Assembly: GCA_036495465.1 (NCBI GenBank)
Contig: DASXMV010000037.1
Coordinates: forward strand, 1-60,370
DNA: 60,370 nucleotides
Direction of reading: 5' to 3'
Origin: Candidatus Udaeobacter sp.
GTDB taxonomy: Bacteria > Verrucomicrobiota > Verrucomicrobiia > Chthoniobacterales > UBA10450
Part shown: in pieces, positions 29,380 to 37,565 of the stretch
How positions within the stretch are numbered: position 1 is the stretch's first letter
Layout of the letters: the number at the start of each line of letters is the position of its first letter
Position numbers and translations under genes: made by a program
Notes under the pieces: generated by a model
The model's input: the letters and a program-made list of their open reading frames with translations, nothing else
What the model was told of the DNA's origin: nothing
Database searches by the model: none

Positions 29380-30882
29380 TCACTGCAATCTCTGCAGCGA
29401 TGAAATGCCGTAGTTGTCCTGCAGGTCCTGTGCCTCGGAGGCGACTTGTGCCGCGTCGAGTTCAATTTGTTTTGGGTCTTCTTCAGTCTCGATTTTGATG
29501 AATCCGTCGATTGGATGTTTCACGGCGTCGGCCAGGTCCTCTAACGATTTGATTTCTTTGCCGTTCACCTTCTTTACGGTCAAATAAGCGAGCTCATCGT
29601 AGCCAATTGTACTATTAGCGGGAAGAACCTGGCTAAGAATGACAACGCGTCGGTTTTTGTCAGAAAAAAGTTCGGACTGGAAATGGTCGAGATAAACCAA
29701 ACGCTGGGGAGCTTCTCTTTGCCAGTTCGGTCCCCATTCTTTGAGATATTGGCGGGAAAGCTCCTGAAAAATCAAACCCCCGACGACATAATATCGAGGC
29801 GGCTGGTCGAAATCGTAAGGGGGACTCACGTAATCCTTCGCGTCCCGGTGTTCTAGCGCGACCTTCAACTGCATTGGTTTGCCGTCGCGTTGAATTCGAA
29901 AAGGAACAACGTCGCCAGCATACGCATGAGCTGTAAGCAAGTTTGTAAATTCGATCTTTCCATAAATCGGGTCCACGTAGTTACCGTTTTGATCGAGGTC
30001 ATTATTCGCAACAGAAGTGATGATGTCGCCGACCTGAAGGCCCGATTTCATAGCCGGTGTACCGGGTTCGACATTCGTGACGTAGACCCCTCCAGCTTCC
30101 TTTCCTTTTTCTCCAGCGAACTCACGCAGCTCAGGATCGCGCGTTGGAAAGAAAGAGAAACCGGCCGAAGGGAAACCTCGATAACTTTGACCTTCAGCCT
30201 CCTTTAAAAAGTGCGTGATGACCGGAGCAGGGATGGCGTCGAGGAGTTGTGAACGCGAATCGTAACGGAGTAATAATCCCGCCAGCTTGTTTTTCTTAAC
30301 CAATGGCACCGTATAACTATTTTCGCGGTACTGCATTGGGATGCTGACGCGGTAAGTGAGGAATTCTCCGACGTCGATTGGATACGGCATCATTTGAACT
30401 GTTGTTACCAGGCCCTCGGTGGCGAGGAGTGCTCCAGTCGGCTCCAATTGCCACGCAGCCAGCTTGTCGCCCACAACGGTGTCAGGCGTGATTTCAAGGG
30501 GAGTGATTCCGTCGAGAAATGTTTTATCTACCGGTTCCAATAGCGCAAGGTTGGCTTCGTAATCAATCACCTGGACATTGGCCGCAGTTTTTTCTCCAGA
30601 CTCCGCACGCTCGAGTTCCACGTAATTTTGGTTTGCAACCAGGTCCGCTGTGACAAGGACGCGGCCCTTTGGTAAAACCGCGCCGAGAGCGCGCTTTGAA
30701 AATGGCGCTTTCTTTTGCCAGGGCCGAAAATAATCATACGACTGTCCCGTCACATTTACCCGGACAAGCGCCAGCTGTTTCTGCTTGTTTAATGCCGAAG
30801 GTACAGTGGATTCCTTTTTCGCCAACGCTCCACTGACTGCTACCAGGACAAGTCCAAAAGCGATAAGAGAATGCTTGATCAT
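29380..30882 (-). CDS. secreted S1C (DegP/Deg9-like)-fold protein with PDZ region and degenerate catalytic triad (probable pseudo-protease)
   Basis: 500 aa with a signal peptide. It is colinear with the adjacent 528-aa protease. The His block 'TNAHVVAN' is replaced by 'TADLVAN', the Asp block 'CDLAVI' by 'ANLALL', and the Ser block 'GNSGGPV' by 'ENSYTVPLV'. The PDZ-like 'GVYVTNVEPGTPAMKSGLQVGDIITSV' is retained. Confidence 0.7.
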   Translation of the reverse strand: MIKHSLIAFGLVLVAVSGALAKKESTVPSALNKQKQLALVRVNVTGQSYDYFRPWQKKAPFSKRALGAVLPKGRVLVTADLVANQNYVELERAESGEKTAANVQVIDYEANLALLEPVDKTFLDGITPLEITPDTVVGDKLAAWQLEPTGALLATEGLVTTVQMMPYPIDVGEFLTYRVSIPMQYRENSYTVPLVKKNKLAGLLLRYDSRSQLLDAIPAPVITHFLKEAEGQSYRGFPSAGFSFFPTRDPELREFAGEKGKEAGGVYVTNVEPGTPAMKSGLQVGDIITSVANNDLDQNGNYVDPIYGKIEFTNLLTAHAYAGDVVPFRIQRDGKPMQLKVALEHRDAKDYVSPPYDFDQPPRYYVVGGLIFQELSRQYLKEWGPNWQREAPQRLVYLDHFQSELFSDKNRRVVILSQVLPANSTIGYDELAYLTVKKVNGKEIKSLEDLADAVKHPIDGFIKIETEEDPKQIELDAAQVASEAQDLQDNYGISSLQRLQ

Positions 30883-30884
30883 CT

Positions 30885-32471
30885 TTATGTTTTATTTGCT
30901 TGTTCTTTGTCCTTTGAGGCTGGTTGTTCTTCAAGGTTTTGTTCTTTCAACACGTTGTAGCGCGTCTTAATCCGTTCGCGTGCTGCTTCGACCTGACTTC
31001 GATTAAGCACTAGCGGAGGTCCGTCGCCAATCATCCGTATAACCAATCTCTCCGGCGATTCGGCCAAAGCCTGTGCTAATTCGTCAAGGGTCCGAATCTT
31101 CTTGCCATTTACTTCATCCACAATGCTACCGCGGTAAGGAGCCAGATACGTATTGATGGGGTCCGGCAAAATATTGGCCAGTACAATCACGTCGGGATGC
31201 TGGAGATAAAGCTGGTCGAGAACGAAGTATTCGAAGAAATGGCGAACCCGCAGATCGGCTGTCCGATATGCCTCCAGCATATCCAGGTTTAGCGGTTGAA
31301 ACAGGAGACCGCCGTAGAGAACGTAACGTGGTCGCACATCATAACTATGTCCCTGCACTGAATACGGCCAGGGTTTATAAAGTTTGATCGTCACCGTCAT
31401 CGGCTGCTTGTTACGCGAGATATCCAGCTTAACGGAATCGCCTTTGAATTTTCGCTCGACGACTTCTTCAAACTGAGCGTGCTCGCCATCCAGTTCAACG
31501 TTTGCGTCACTGGCGATGGGGTGACCGTCGATAGCCAGAAGAACGTCACCCGGATACAGAATACCGTCCGATGGCCCGGCCGCGACCACGGAACTCACAA
31601 GCACCCCACGATCTTCGTCCTTTAAACCGAGAAACCTTCGTTGCGCAGGATTTTGCAACTTAGCATAGGTGATAGCTAGATCAGGATACTCATCGTAATG
31701 CCCGTTACTGATGTCCTGCAGAAACCGCTTTATAACAGGCGTGGGAATCATGTAGGCCACTCCCTGTGCGACGTCGCCGCTGTAGCCTTGAAACGCTACT
31801 CCGACAACTTTGCCGTCCTGCATTACGGGGCCGCCGCTATTGCCCGGATTGATTTGAGCGCTGATCTGAATGGCCAAATGCTGATCGACCGATGAATGAG
31901 TGTAGAGCTGAAAATCGACTCTCGACACGATGCCCGTCGTTACAGACATCCGCTCGCCTCCAATTGGATAACCGTACGCCGAGACAGTCGATTCGAGCGT
32001 GGGAATTGCACCTAACTGTAAAGGCAACATGTTTTTGAAAAAGTCTGAAGCCGACACAGTGATTACTGCCAGGTCGCAGTCATTCGCAATGAACTGCACT
32101 TTTGCCGGGTACTTGTTAGGATCGCCGTCGCGTTCCACGGTGAGATAACGGCTGTTCGCGACCACGTGTGCGTTTGTCATGATGCGGTTCCCGGTTATCA
32201 CAAAGCCGGCCCCAACACCGCGCTCAAGCCCACCTGCGTTCCAGGGCGCTCTGTAATCGGGTTCGACCGAAGTGGCGGTAATCCGCACCAGGCTCTTTTG
32301 GATCGGTCCGTTTGGCTTTGGTGGCGCAATCGGAACCGGCACCGGAACTACCGCTTGGGCAGGAGGAGTCGACCTTGATGGCCCGGGTGGATGGACCGGC
32401 GTGCTGTCCTGGGCGTCTAACACCGGTCCAAGCAACAAGATGGCGGAAATAAGAATAAGGATACGCTTCAT
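30885..32471 (-). CDS. secreted S1C-family trypsin-like serine protease with PDZ domain(s) (Deg9/DegP-like)
   Basis: 528 aa with a signal peptide and a Pro-rich linker. The catalytic triad is intact: 'TNAHVV' (His), 'DCDLAVI' (Asp), 'GNSGGPV' (Ser). A PDZ-like 'GVLVSSVVAAGPSDGILYPGDVLLAIDG' is present, and the C-terminal tail is Lys/Glu-rich. Confidence 0.85.
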   Translation of the reverse strand: MKRILILISAILLLGPVLDAQDSTPVHPPGPSRSTPPAQAVVPVPVPIAPPKPNGPIQKSLVRITATSVEPDYRAPWNAGGLERGVGAGFVITGNRIMTNAHVVANSRYLTVERDGDPNKYPAKVQFIANDCDLAVITVSASDFFKNMLPLQLGAIPTLESTVSAYGYPIGGERMSVTTGIVSRVDFQLYTHSSVDQHLAIQISAQINPGNSGGPVMQDGKVVGVAFQGYSGDVAQGVAYMIPTPVIKRFLQDISNGHYDEYPDLAITYAKLQNPAQRRFLGLKDEDRGVLVSSVVAAGPSDGILYPGDVLLAIDGHPIASDANVELDGEHAQFEEVVERKFKGDSVKLDISRNKQPMTVTIKLYKPWPYSVQGHSYDVRPRYVLYGGLLFQPLNLDMLEAYRTADLRVRHFFEYFVLDQLYLQHPDVIVLANILPDPINTYLAPYRGSIVDEVNGKKIRTLDELAQALAESPERLVIRMIGDGPPLVLNRSQVEAARERIKTRYNVLKEQNLEEQPASKDKEQANKT

Positions 32472-32618
32472 GGGCGAAAAAGCTGCGAACTTAAATAGCG
32501 TACTTGAAAATGAGATTCGGATTTACATCAACAAGTGGCCTTTTCGGACACAACAGACACGATAAGCGCGTTCTGCGTTCAAATCTCTGGCTGAACAAAA
32601 TCCAAGTTGAACTATTCC

Positions 32619-33791
32619 TTAAATTCCAGCGCGGTCGAGAACTGATTTCAGCACCTTTTTAGCGTCAAAGAATTCGGAAGCCAGGTCGTAAGCGGCGCGC
32701 GAATGCCTTGTATAGTCTGCGTTAATGCGTTTCACGGCGTCCACAATTTCGCCAACGGTTCGGAAAGATAACAGACCCGCCTCGCCGCCGTAAAATTTCG
32801 TGAAGCCGGTTTCCTGAGTTATGACCGGTCGGCCTGCTGCCAAATAGCAAGCACTCCTGTCGCTGAACCAGCCGGTGTTTAGTCGCACGTACTGGTCCTT
32901 GGCGACAGTGAATTCTCCCTTTGATCGTTGGATGTAGTTCCGATATAGCCAATAATCCACGCTCATTTGCAGCGGCGAAGTCAGCCGCCAGCCATTTCGC
33001 TCAAATCCTGCGCGAGTAGCGCCATGCTCGATGTTGGTCGCCAGTTCAAATGTTTCACCCGCTTTCTTCGGCGCGGCGATGAAGCGCAGAAACTCGCGCG
33101 ATTTGCTCCAGAGATACTTTTTTCCGCGCCACGAAATGTCTTTGAGACCGCTGGTGGACCAATTAGCCACAGATGTGAACACGGCCATACGGCCAGGCGA
33201 GGCCTTCGTTCGCCAAAGATCAGTCACTACTGGTTGTCGCGTAGACAGCCATTTGAATCCGTGGGTGGGAACGGGGAAGCTTTTTGTGCCGATGTTCTCG
33301 CCAAAGGTGAAAAGCGCGTGATGTCGCCCGAGGTATTGCTTTGTCGATTTGACGGCCTTGTCGATCTTTATCTGTTCGACGCCTGGATCGCTTTCGATGT
33401 AGAGAATACGGTCTGAAAGGAGCAGGTCGTCGTTGAACTCCTGTGCGCCGCAAATGTTGAGGATCGCGTCCGCTTCGCGATAAAGGCGGCGAATTTTCTC
33501 CAATCGCAAACCGGCCGTTGGGTTCCCCGGTAGATAACGTGCGCAGAACGCCCAATGATTCTTGAATTCGAATTCACCCGACAGCCGATTCAAAAGCTGT
33601 GCCGTGTAATCAAATTCGGTGGTGACTTCAAATGTTTCCGGGTTGTATGGAATGCGCGCGGAATCTTCGATGTAAAAAACATCGTGCCCAAGTCGTTGCA
33701 GTCCGACGATGTAATGGATGTGCTGCCAAATTACGCCCGCGATGGGCATCGAACCCATAAAGCCCATGACAACGACACGCTTGCGTTTCAT
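32619..33791 (-). CDS. GT-B-fold (GT1/CgeB-like) hypothetical glycosyltransferase-like protein, paralog of 25031-26173
   Basis: 390 aa, with shared blocks along the whole length with the 25031-26173 product. These are 'VVMGFMGS...IVGLQRLGHDV' / 'IFLGCGFA...MLGLRRLKLDA', 'FELATNI' / 'FELAMNI', 'GWRLTSP' / 'GWRVVDP', and the C-terminal block quoted for its paralog. Confidence 0.6.
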   Translation of the reverse strand: MKRKRVVVMGFMGSMPIAGVIWQHIHYIVGLQRLGHDVFYIEDSARIPYNPETFEVTTEFDYTAQLLNRLSGEFEFKNHWAFCARYLPGNPTAGLRLEKIRRLYREADAILNICGAQEFNDDLLLSDRILYIESDPGVEQIKIDKAVKSTKQYLGRHHALFTFGENIGTKSFPVPTHGFKWLSTRQPVVTDLWRTKASPGRMAVFTSVANWSTSGLKDISWRGKKYLWSKSREFLRFIAAPKKAGETFELATNIEHGATRAGFERNGWRLTSPLQMSVDYWLYRNYIQRSKGEFTVAKDQYVRLNTGWFSDRSACYLAAGRPVITQETGFTKFYGGEAGLLSFRTVGEIVDAVKRINADYTRHSRAAYDLASEFFDAKKVLKSVLDRAGI

Positions 33792-33796
33792 AAGAA

Positions 33797-33868
33797 CAAA
33801 AAAGGCTCAACACCCGAGGTCCAATGTCCAACGTCCAGTTGTCCAAATTCGACACGTGGTGCTGAGCC
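33797..33868 (-). terminator. long-loop hairpin followed by a U-tract (terminator-like or regulatory) between the acetyltransferase gene and the GT-like gene
   Basis: The 11-nt arms are 33804-33814 (GGCTCAACACC) and 33858-33868 (GGTGCTGAGCC). In the minus-strand RNA they pair perfectly with one G-U wobble, whereas in the plus-strand RNA that position is an A-C mismatch. A T6 run follows on the minus strand (33798-33803), ending 6 nt before the ATG at 33791. Confidence 0.5.
33819..33847. repeat. 4 x heptamer-like tandem repeat (GTCCAAT GTCCAAC GTCCAGTT GTCCAAA) in the hairpin loop
   Basis: Read directly in the sequence. It occupies the loop of the 33804/33858 hairpin. Confidence 0.8.
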
Positions 33869-33892
33869 TTAACGGTTGGTCGTTGAATAGAT

Positions 33893-34483
33893 TCATTCCT
33901 CGAACCGCTTCACTACTACGGCTGGATTTCCCGCAACGACTGTATTCGGTTCCACATTTTTCGTGACCACTGACCCAGCCGCAATAACCGAATTCTCGCC
34001 AACGGTCACACCTTTCAAAATCACGGCGTTCATACCAATCCAAACATTGTCGCAGATTTTCACAGGAGCGGTTTTCAATTTGGGTCGCGCGGGCCGATCT
34101 TTGAAGTAAGGCGCGAGCGCTTGCGCGTCGATGAGACGCTGGGCCGGGTCCAACGGATGAAAGTCGGAATCGGCAATCCCGACGTTCCACGAAACCAGAC
34201 AATACGATCCGATTTCAATCTTCTCATCGGCCATGACGAGTGCACCATTGAGCAGCGTGAAATCGCCGATCACGCACTGGCCGTTCTCGCCGACGGAAAA
34301 AGAACAGCCTGCATAACACGAAACATGCCTGCCAATAATGACCGCGCCTGATTTTTTGTTCCGAAGCTTCCGGAAAATTTGCGCGCTTTCGCAATAGAAA
34401 CCTTCGCCAAACTCGACGTTTGGAGGAACTGGATCCGGCCACCAGTCGCTTTCGATATGACGATCTTCTTTAACGTTGCTCAT
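33893..34483 (-). CDS. left-handed beta-helix (hexapeptide-repeat) acyl/acetyltransferase
   Basis: The C-terminal 'ICDNVWIGMNAVILKGVTVGENSVIAAGSVVTKNVEPNTVVAGNPAVVVKRF' is the classic LbH O-acetyltransferase ending. The track start (ATG at 34498) is created by the GTCAT head of the adjacent repeat element, so I prefer the ATG at 34483 (MSNVKEDRH...). Confidence 0.8.
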   Translation of the reverse strand: MSNVKEDRHIESDWWPDPVPPNVEFGEGFYCESAQIFRKLRNKKSGAVIIGRHVSCYAGCSFSVGENGQCVIGDFTLLNGALVMADEKIEIGSYCLVSWNVGIADSDFHPLDPAQRLIDAQALAPYFKDRPARPKLKTAPVKICDNVWIGMNAVILKGVTVGENSVIAAGSVVTKNVEPNTVVAGNPAVVVKRFEE

Positions 34484-34493
34484 GCAAGGACTT

Positions 34494-34576
34494 GTCATTC
34501 TGGACGGAGCGAAGAATCTCGATATCTCCTATCCACCGGTCATCAGTCGGAGATGTTTCGCTTCGCTCAACATGCC
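34494..34576 (+). repeat. imperfect palindromic intergenic repeat element (GTCATTCTGGACGGAGCGAAGAATCTC...GGAGATGTTTCGCTTCGCTCAACATGCC)
   Basis: The arms pair as GAGCGAAG (34507-14) with CTTCGCTC (34561-68) and ATCTCC (34524-29) with GGAGAT (34549-54). Spurious translations ('VILDGAKNL...', '...RCFASLNM') resemble the 'VILSEAKNL / SLRSAQHDK'-type pseudo-peptides that I recall being produced by a widespread small repeat family in soil-bacterial genomes. Confidence 0.6.
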
Positions 34577-34590
34577 AACGTGGGCGGACT

Positions 34591-36333
34591 TTACGTTGGG
34601 AATTTCCCTGACGCATAAAGCCTTGCGTAAATCCCGCCGCGGGAGATCAGCTCTGGTCCGCGTCCTTTTTCAACAACTCGTCCGTGTTCCAGCACAATGA
34701 TTTGATCGAGATCGTGGATCGTCGCCAGTCGGTGAGTCGCGATCAAAGTCGTGCGGCCGCGCATTAGTTCCTGAATAGTTTCCATGATCGCCGCCTCGGT
34801 TGCAGGATCGAGTGCCGACGTGGGTTCGTCCAGCAGCAAGATCGGTGCATTCTTCAAGAACGCGCGAGCGATACCAATACGTTGGCGCTGCCCGACGCTC
34901 AAGTGACCGCCTCGCTCGCCTACAGCACTCCCATAACCATCGGGCATTTGCCGAATAAATTCATCCGCCTGCGCCCGGCGCGCCGCCTCGATAATCTCCT
35001 CTTCCGTCGCATTGGGCCGGCCGTATGCGATGTTTTCTCGTACTGTTGTGGAAAATAGCAATGTGTCCTGCAGCACGATTGCGATCTGCGCGCGCAGACT
35101 TTTTTTTGTGATTTCCCTCACGTCACGGTCATCAAGCATGACGGAGCCGCTGGAGGGATCATAAAATCGCGGCACCAGACTCATCAACGTGCTTTTGCCC
35201 GCGCCGGTGCCACCCACAAGGCCGATAATCTGGTTTGGCTCAATGCGCAGATCGATATCGCGCAAAACCTGTCGATCCCCTGCGTAACCGAAATTCACGG
35301 ACTGAAATGCGATCGCCCCTTTGGCGGTCGAGATCGTAACCGCATTCGGCGAATCGCGAACATCATCTTCGCGGTCCAGCACTTCAAAGCAACGCTTCGC
35401 CCCTGCGGTCGCACCTTCCATGGCCCAGGCGGTGTAGGTGAGGGACTCCAGTGGCTGATAAAGCATCAGCAAATACGCGCTGAAGACGAGCAGCGATCCG
35501 AGTGTGAGCGTTCCTTTAAGAACGTGCACCGAGCCGACGTAATACATCGCGGCTGTGCCAACCACCATCAGTGTGCTGATCACCAATGCGCTATTAACGT
35601 TTGTCAAAGTGAGCCGCAGATTGGCCTGCAAACTTTGCCGGGCTTGCTGTTGGAATTGGAGAACTTCGAATTCCTCGCGTCCAAACGCGTGGACCATTCG
35701 AATGGAGCTAAGGCCTTCCTGGGCTTGCGCCAGTACAGCGCTTTCTCGTTCCTGAATGGTTGTTGATTCGCGACGAATCCGATCTGCGAAGAGATAAATC
35801 GCGCCGACGACCAGGGGGACGATCGCCAGGGAGACAAGGGTTAGTTGCCAGTCCAGCCGTAACATGATGAGGAAGGTTCCGATTAGCGTGATCACCGATG
35901 AAAAGATGTTGGTGAAGCCCTTGTTGTAGATCGTCTGGATTGATTGCGAATCGTATGCGACGCGGAAGCTGGAATCGCTCGAACGACGGGCGTCGTGAAA
36001 TTTGAGAGAAAGAGATTGTAAACACGAATAGAGATCTGTGCGCAATTTGAGCAACGACTGCAGACCGATTTTTACAAAGATATAGTTTGTGGCCCAATTC
36101 ATCACTCCCCAAAAGAGCTGGATCACGATCAGGCCGAGACAGAGTAGTGGGATCCAGACATGCCAGTCAGTGCGCGCTGCCGGGCCTGGACGAAGAAAAT
36201 CGTCGACGATTAACTTAAAAGGCCAGGGTTTGAGCAGGTTGAGGGCAATGGCGACCAGAGACAAAAACAATCCCAGAACCGTTTGTGTGAGGAACGGCCG
36301 GTAGTAACGGAGAACGCGCCGGTAGATCGACAT
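34591..36333 (-). CDS. ABC exporter, fused TMD-NBD half-transporter (MsbA/lipid-or-glycoconjugate exporter-like)
   Basis: 580 aa with a 6-TM N-terminal domain. Walker A 'GGTGAGKST', ABC signature 'LSVGQRQRIGIARA' and Walker B 'ILLLDEPTSALD' are present. Confidence 0.9.
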   Translation of the reverse strand: MSIYRRVLRYYRPFLTQTVLGLFLSLVAIALNLLKPWPFKLIVDDFLRPGPAARTDWHVWIPLLCLGLIVIQLFWGVMNWATNYIFVKIGLQSLLKLRTDLYSCLQSLSLKFHDARRSSDSSFRVAYDSQSIQTIYNKGFTNIFSSVITLIGTFLIMLRLDWQLTLVSLAIVPLVVGAIYLFADRIRRESTTIQERESAVLAQAQEGLSSIRMVHAFGREEFEVLQFQQQARQSLQANLRLTLTNVNSALVISTLMVVGTAAMYYVGSVHVLKGTLTLGSLLVFSAYLLMLYQPLESLTYTAWAMEGATAGAKRCFEVLDREDDVRDSPNAVTISTAKGAIAFQSVNFGYAGDRQVLRDIDLRIEPNQIIGLVGGTGAGKSTLMSLVPRFYDPSSGSVMLDDRDVREITKKSLRAQIAIVLQDTLLFSTTVRENIAYGRPNATEEEIIEAARRAQADEFIRQMPDGYGSAVGERGGHLSVGQRQRIGIARAFLKNAPILLLDEPTSALDPATEAAIMETIQELMRGRTTLIATHRLATIHDLDQIIVLEHGRVVEKGRGPELISRGGIYARLYASGKFPT

Positions 36334-36390
36334 CTTAATTTAGGATTGCAGATTTTCGTTTTTAGACTGAACTAGGGCCAACTTTATTGC

Positions 36391-36433
36391 GGCTCGACGT
36401 CGAGAGATTCCTCGACTTCGCCCGGAATGACAA
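36391..36433 (-). repeat. second, partial copy of the GTCATTC...GAATCTC repeat element (inverted relative to the copy at 34494)
   Basis: The reverse complement reads GTCATTCCGGGCGAAGTCGAGGAATCTCTCGACGTCGAGCC. It shares the head GTCATTC(Y)GG(R)CG and the GAATCTC core with the 34494 copy. It contains the palindrome CTCGACGTCGAG (36393-36404) and generates the spurious TTG-started N-terminal extension of the dedA ORF. Confidence 0.5.
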
Positions 36434-36434
36434 T

Positions 36435-37061
36435 ATGCATCATCTTCTGCAAATCTGGTTCGGGTGGGTTCAACAATGGGGTTACCCTGGCATCGTCCTA
36501 CTCATGGCGATGGAAAGCTCCATTTTTCCAGTGCCGAGCGAAATTGTCATTCCGCCGGCGGCGTTTCTTGCCACACAGGGAAGATTTAATGTGTGGGGCG
36601 TAATCGCCGCCGGAACGTTTGGTTCGTGGATGGGCGCAAGCGTGACCTTTTGGATCTCACGATGGCTCGGCCGCATCGTGATCGTGAAATGGGGTCGCTT
36701 TTTCATGATCAGCGAAGCGAAATTAATTCGGGCCGAGAATTGGCTGCATCGTTACGAGGCGGGCGGCGTTTTTTTTGCACGACTGCTGCCAGTGATTCGG
36801 CATCTAATCTCCATACCGGCGGGTATCGTTCGAATGAACTTCACTACTTTCAGCGTAATGACGGTCGTCGGCTCAGCTCTTTGGTGCGGGGTGTTAGCCT
36901 GGTTTGGGCAGACGGCGATTACGCCCGAGATGTTACATGATCCGGAGGGCATGGCCTCGGCGTTGAAAGCCAAATCACATCTTATCGTCGCCGCGGTGCT
37001 GGTGTTGTGCGTCCTGTATTTTGTCGCTATGCGGCTGACTAAGCCGCATTCCGATGCCTAA
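36435..37061 (+). CDS. DedA-family inner-membrane protein
   Basis: 'GYPGIVLLMAMESSIFPVPSEIVIPPAAFLA' and 'FFARLLPVIRHLISIPAGI' are the DedA/SNARE-associated family blocks. I prefer the ATG at 36435 over the TTG at 36387. Confidence 0.85.
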   Translation: MHHLLQIWFGWVQQWGYPGIVLLMAMESSIFPVPSEIVIPPAAFLATQGRFNVWGVIAAGTFGSWMGASVTFWISRWLGRIVIVKWGRFFMISEAKLIRAENWLHRYEAGGVFFARLLPVIRHLISIPAGIVRMNFTTFSVMTVVGSALWCGVLAWFGQTAITPEMLHDPEGMASALKAKSHLIVAAVLVLCVLYFVAMRLTKPHSDA

Positions 37062-37348
37062 GCGCCGCCGCTAACGACCGTCGGAGCCTTTGCGTTGAGA
37101 TTTCGGTGGGGGTTTACGCCCTTGGTATCTACGGGCCGTTAAGGTGAGCCCTCGTTCTCCGGGTACGCAAACCTTGCTCACAGGAAACCACGCAAGCCCA
37201 ACATTTTGTGTTTTAAAATTGAACAAAAGTGTCGGGGAGCGGTCAGTTACTAAGTGTATAAAAGATGAATAACTGCATAGGGCTTATGGATGAGATATTC
37301 ACAAACGGACATGGTACTGGAATTGCTTCCCGAAATGGAGGCAATCAA

Positions 37349-37537
37349 ATGAAAAGAAATAGACAAATATTAAAGCCACGAAAATTTTCGGGTCTTTCGC
37401 TGGGGGATCTTATCCTGGCGGTTAGTTCCTGTACAAGCAGCAATAGGGAGACGGTTGCGACCGTCGCAGACCTTTTCGCCAGCGGTCGGGTGCGCCTGCA
37501 AGACAACGGACGTTTCTTGCGGGTCCGTGTTTGTTAA
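37349..37537 (+). CDS. orphan small basic protein (62 aa), unknown function
   Basis: Internal ATG of the 90-aa track ORF, preceded by a strong GGAGG (37337-37341) with a 7-nt spacer. A canonical terminator begins 29 nt after the stop. The product is MKRNRQILKPRKFSGLSLGDLILAVSSCTSSNRETVATVADLFASGRVRLQDNGRFLRVRVC, and I recognise no family. Confidence 0.5.
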   Translation: MKRNRQILKPRKFSGLSLGDLILAVSSCTSSNRETVATVADLFASGRVRLQDNGRFLRVRVC

Positions 37538-37565
37538 CATCCCGTAATTCCAGCGGATTTCGAAA

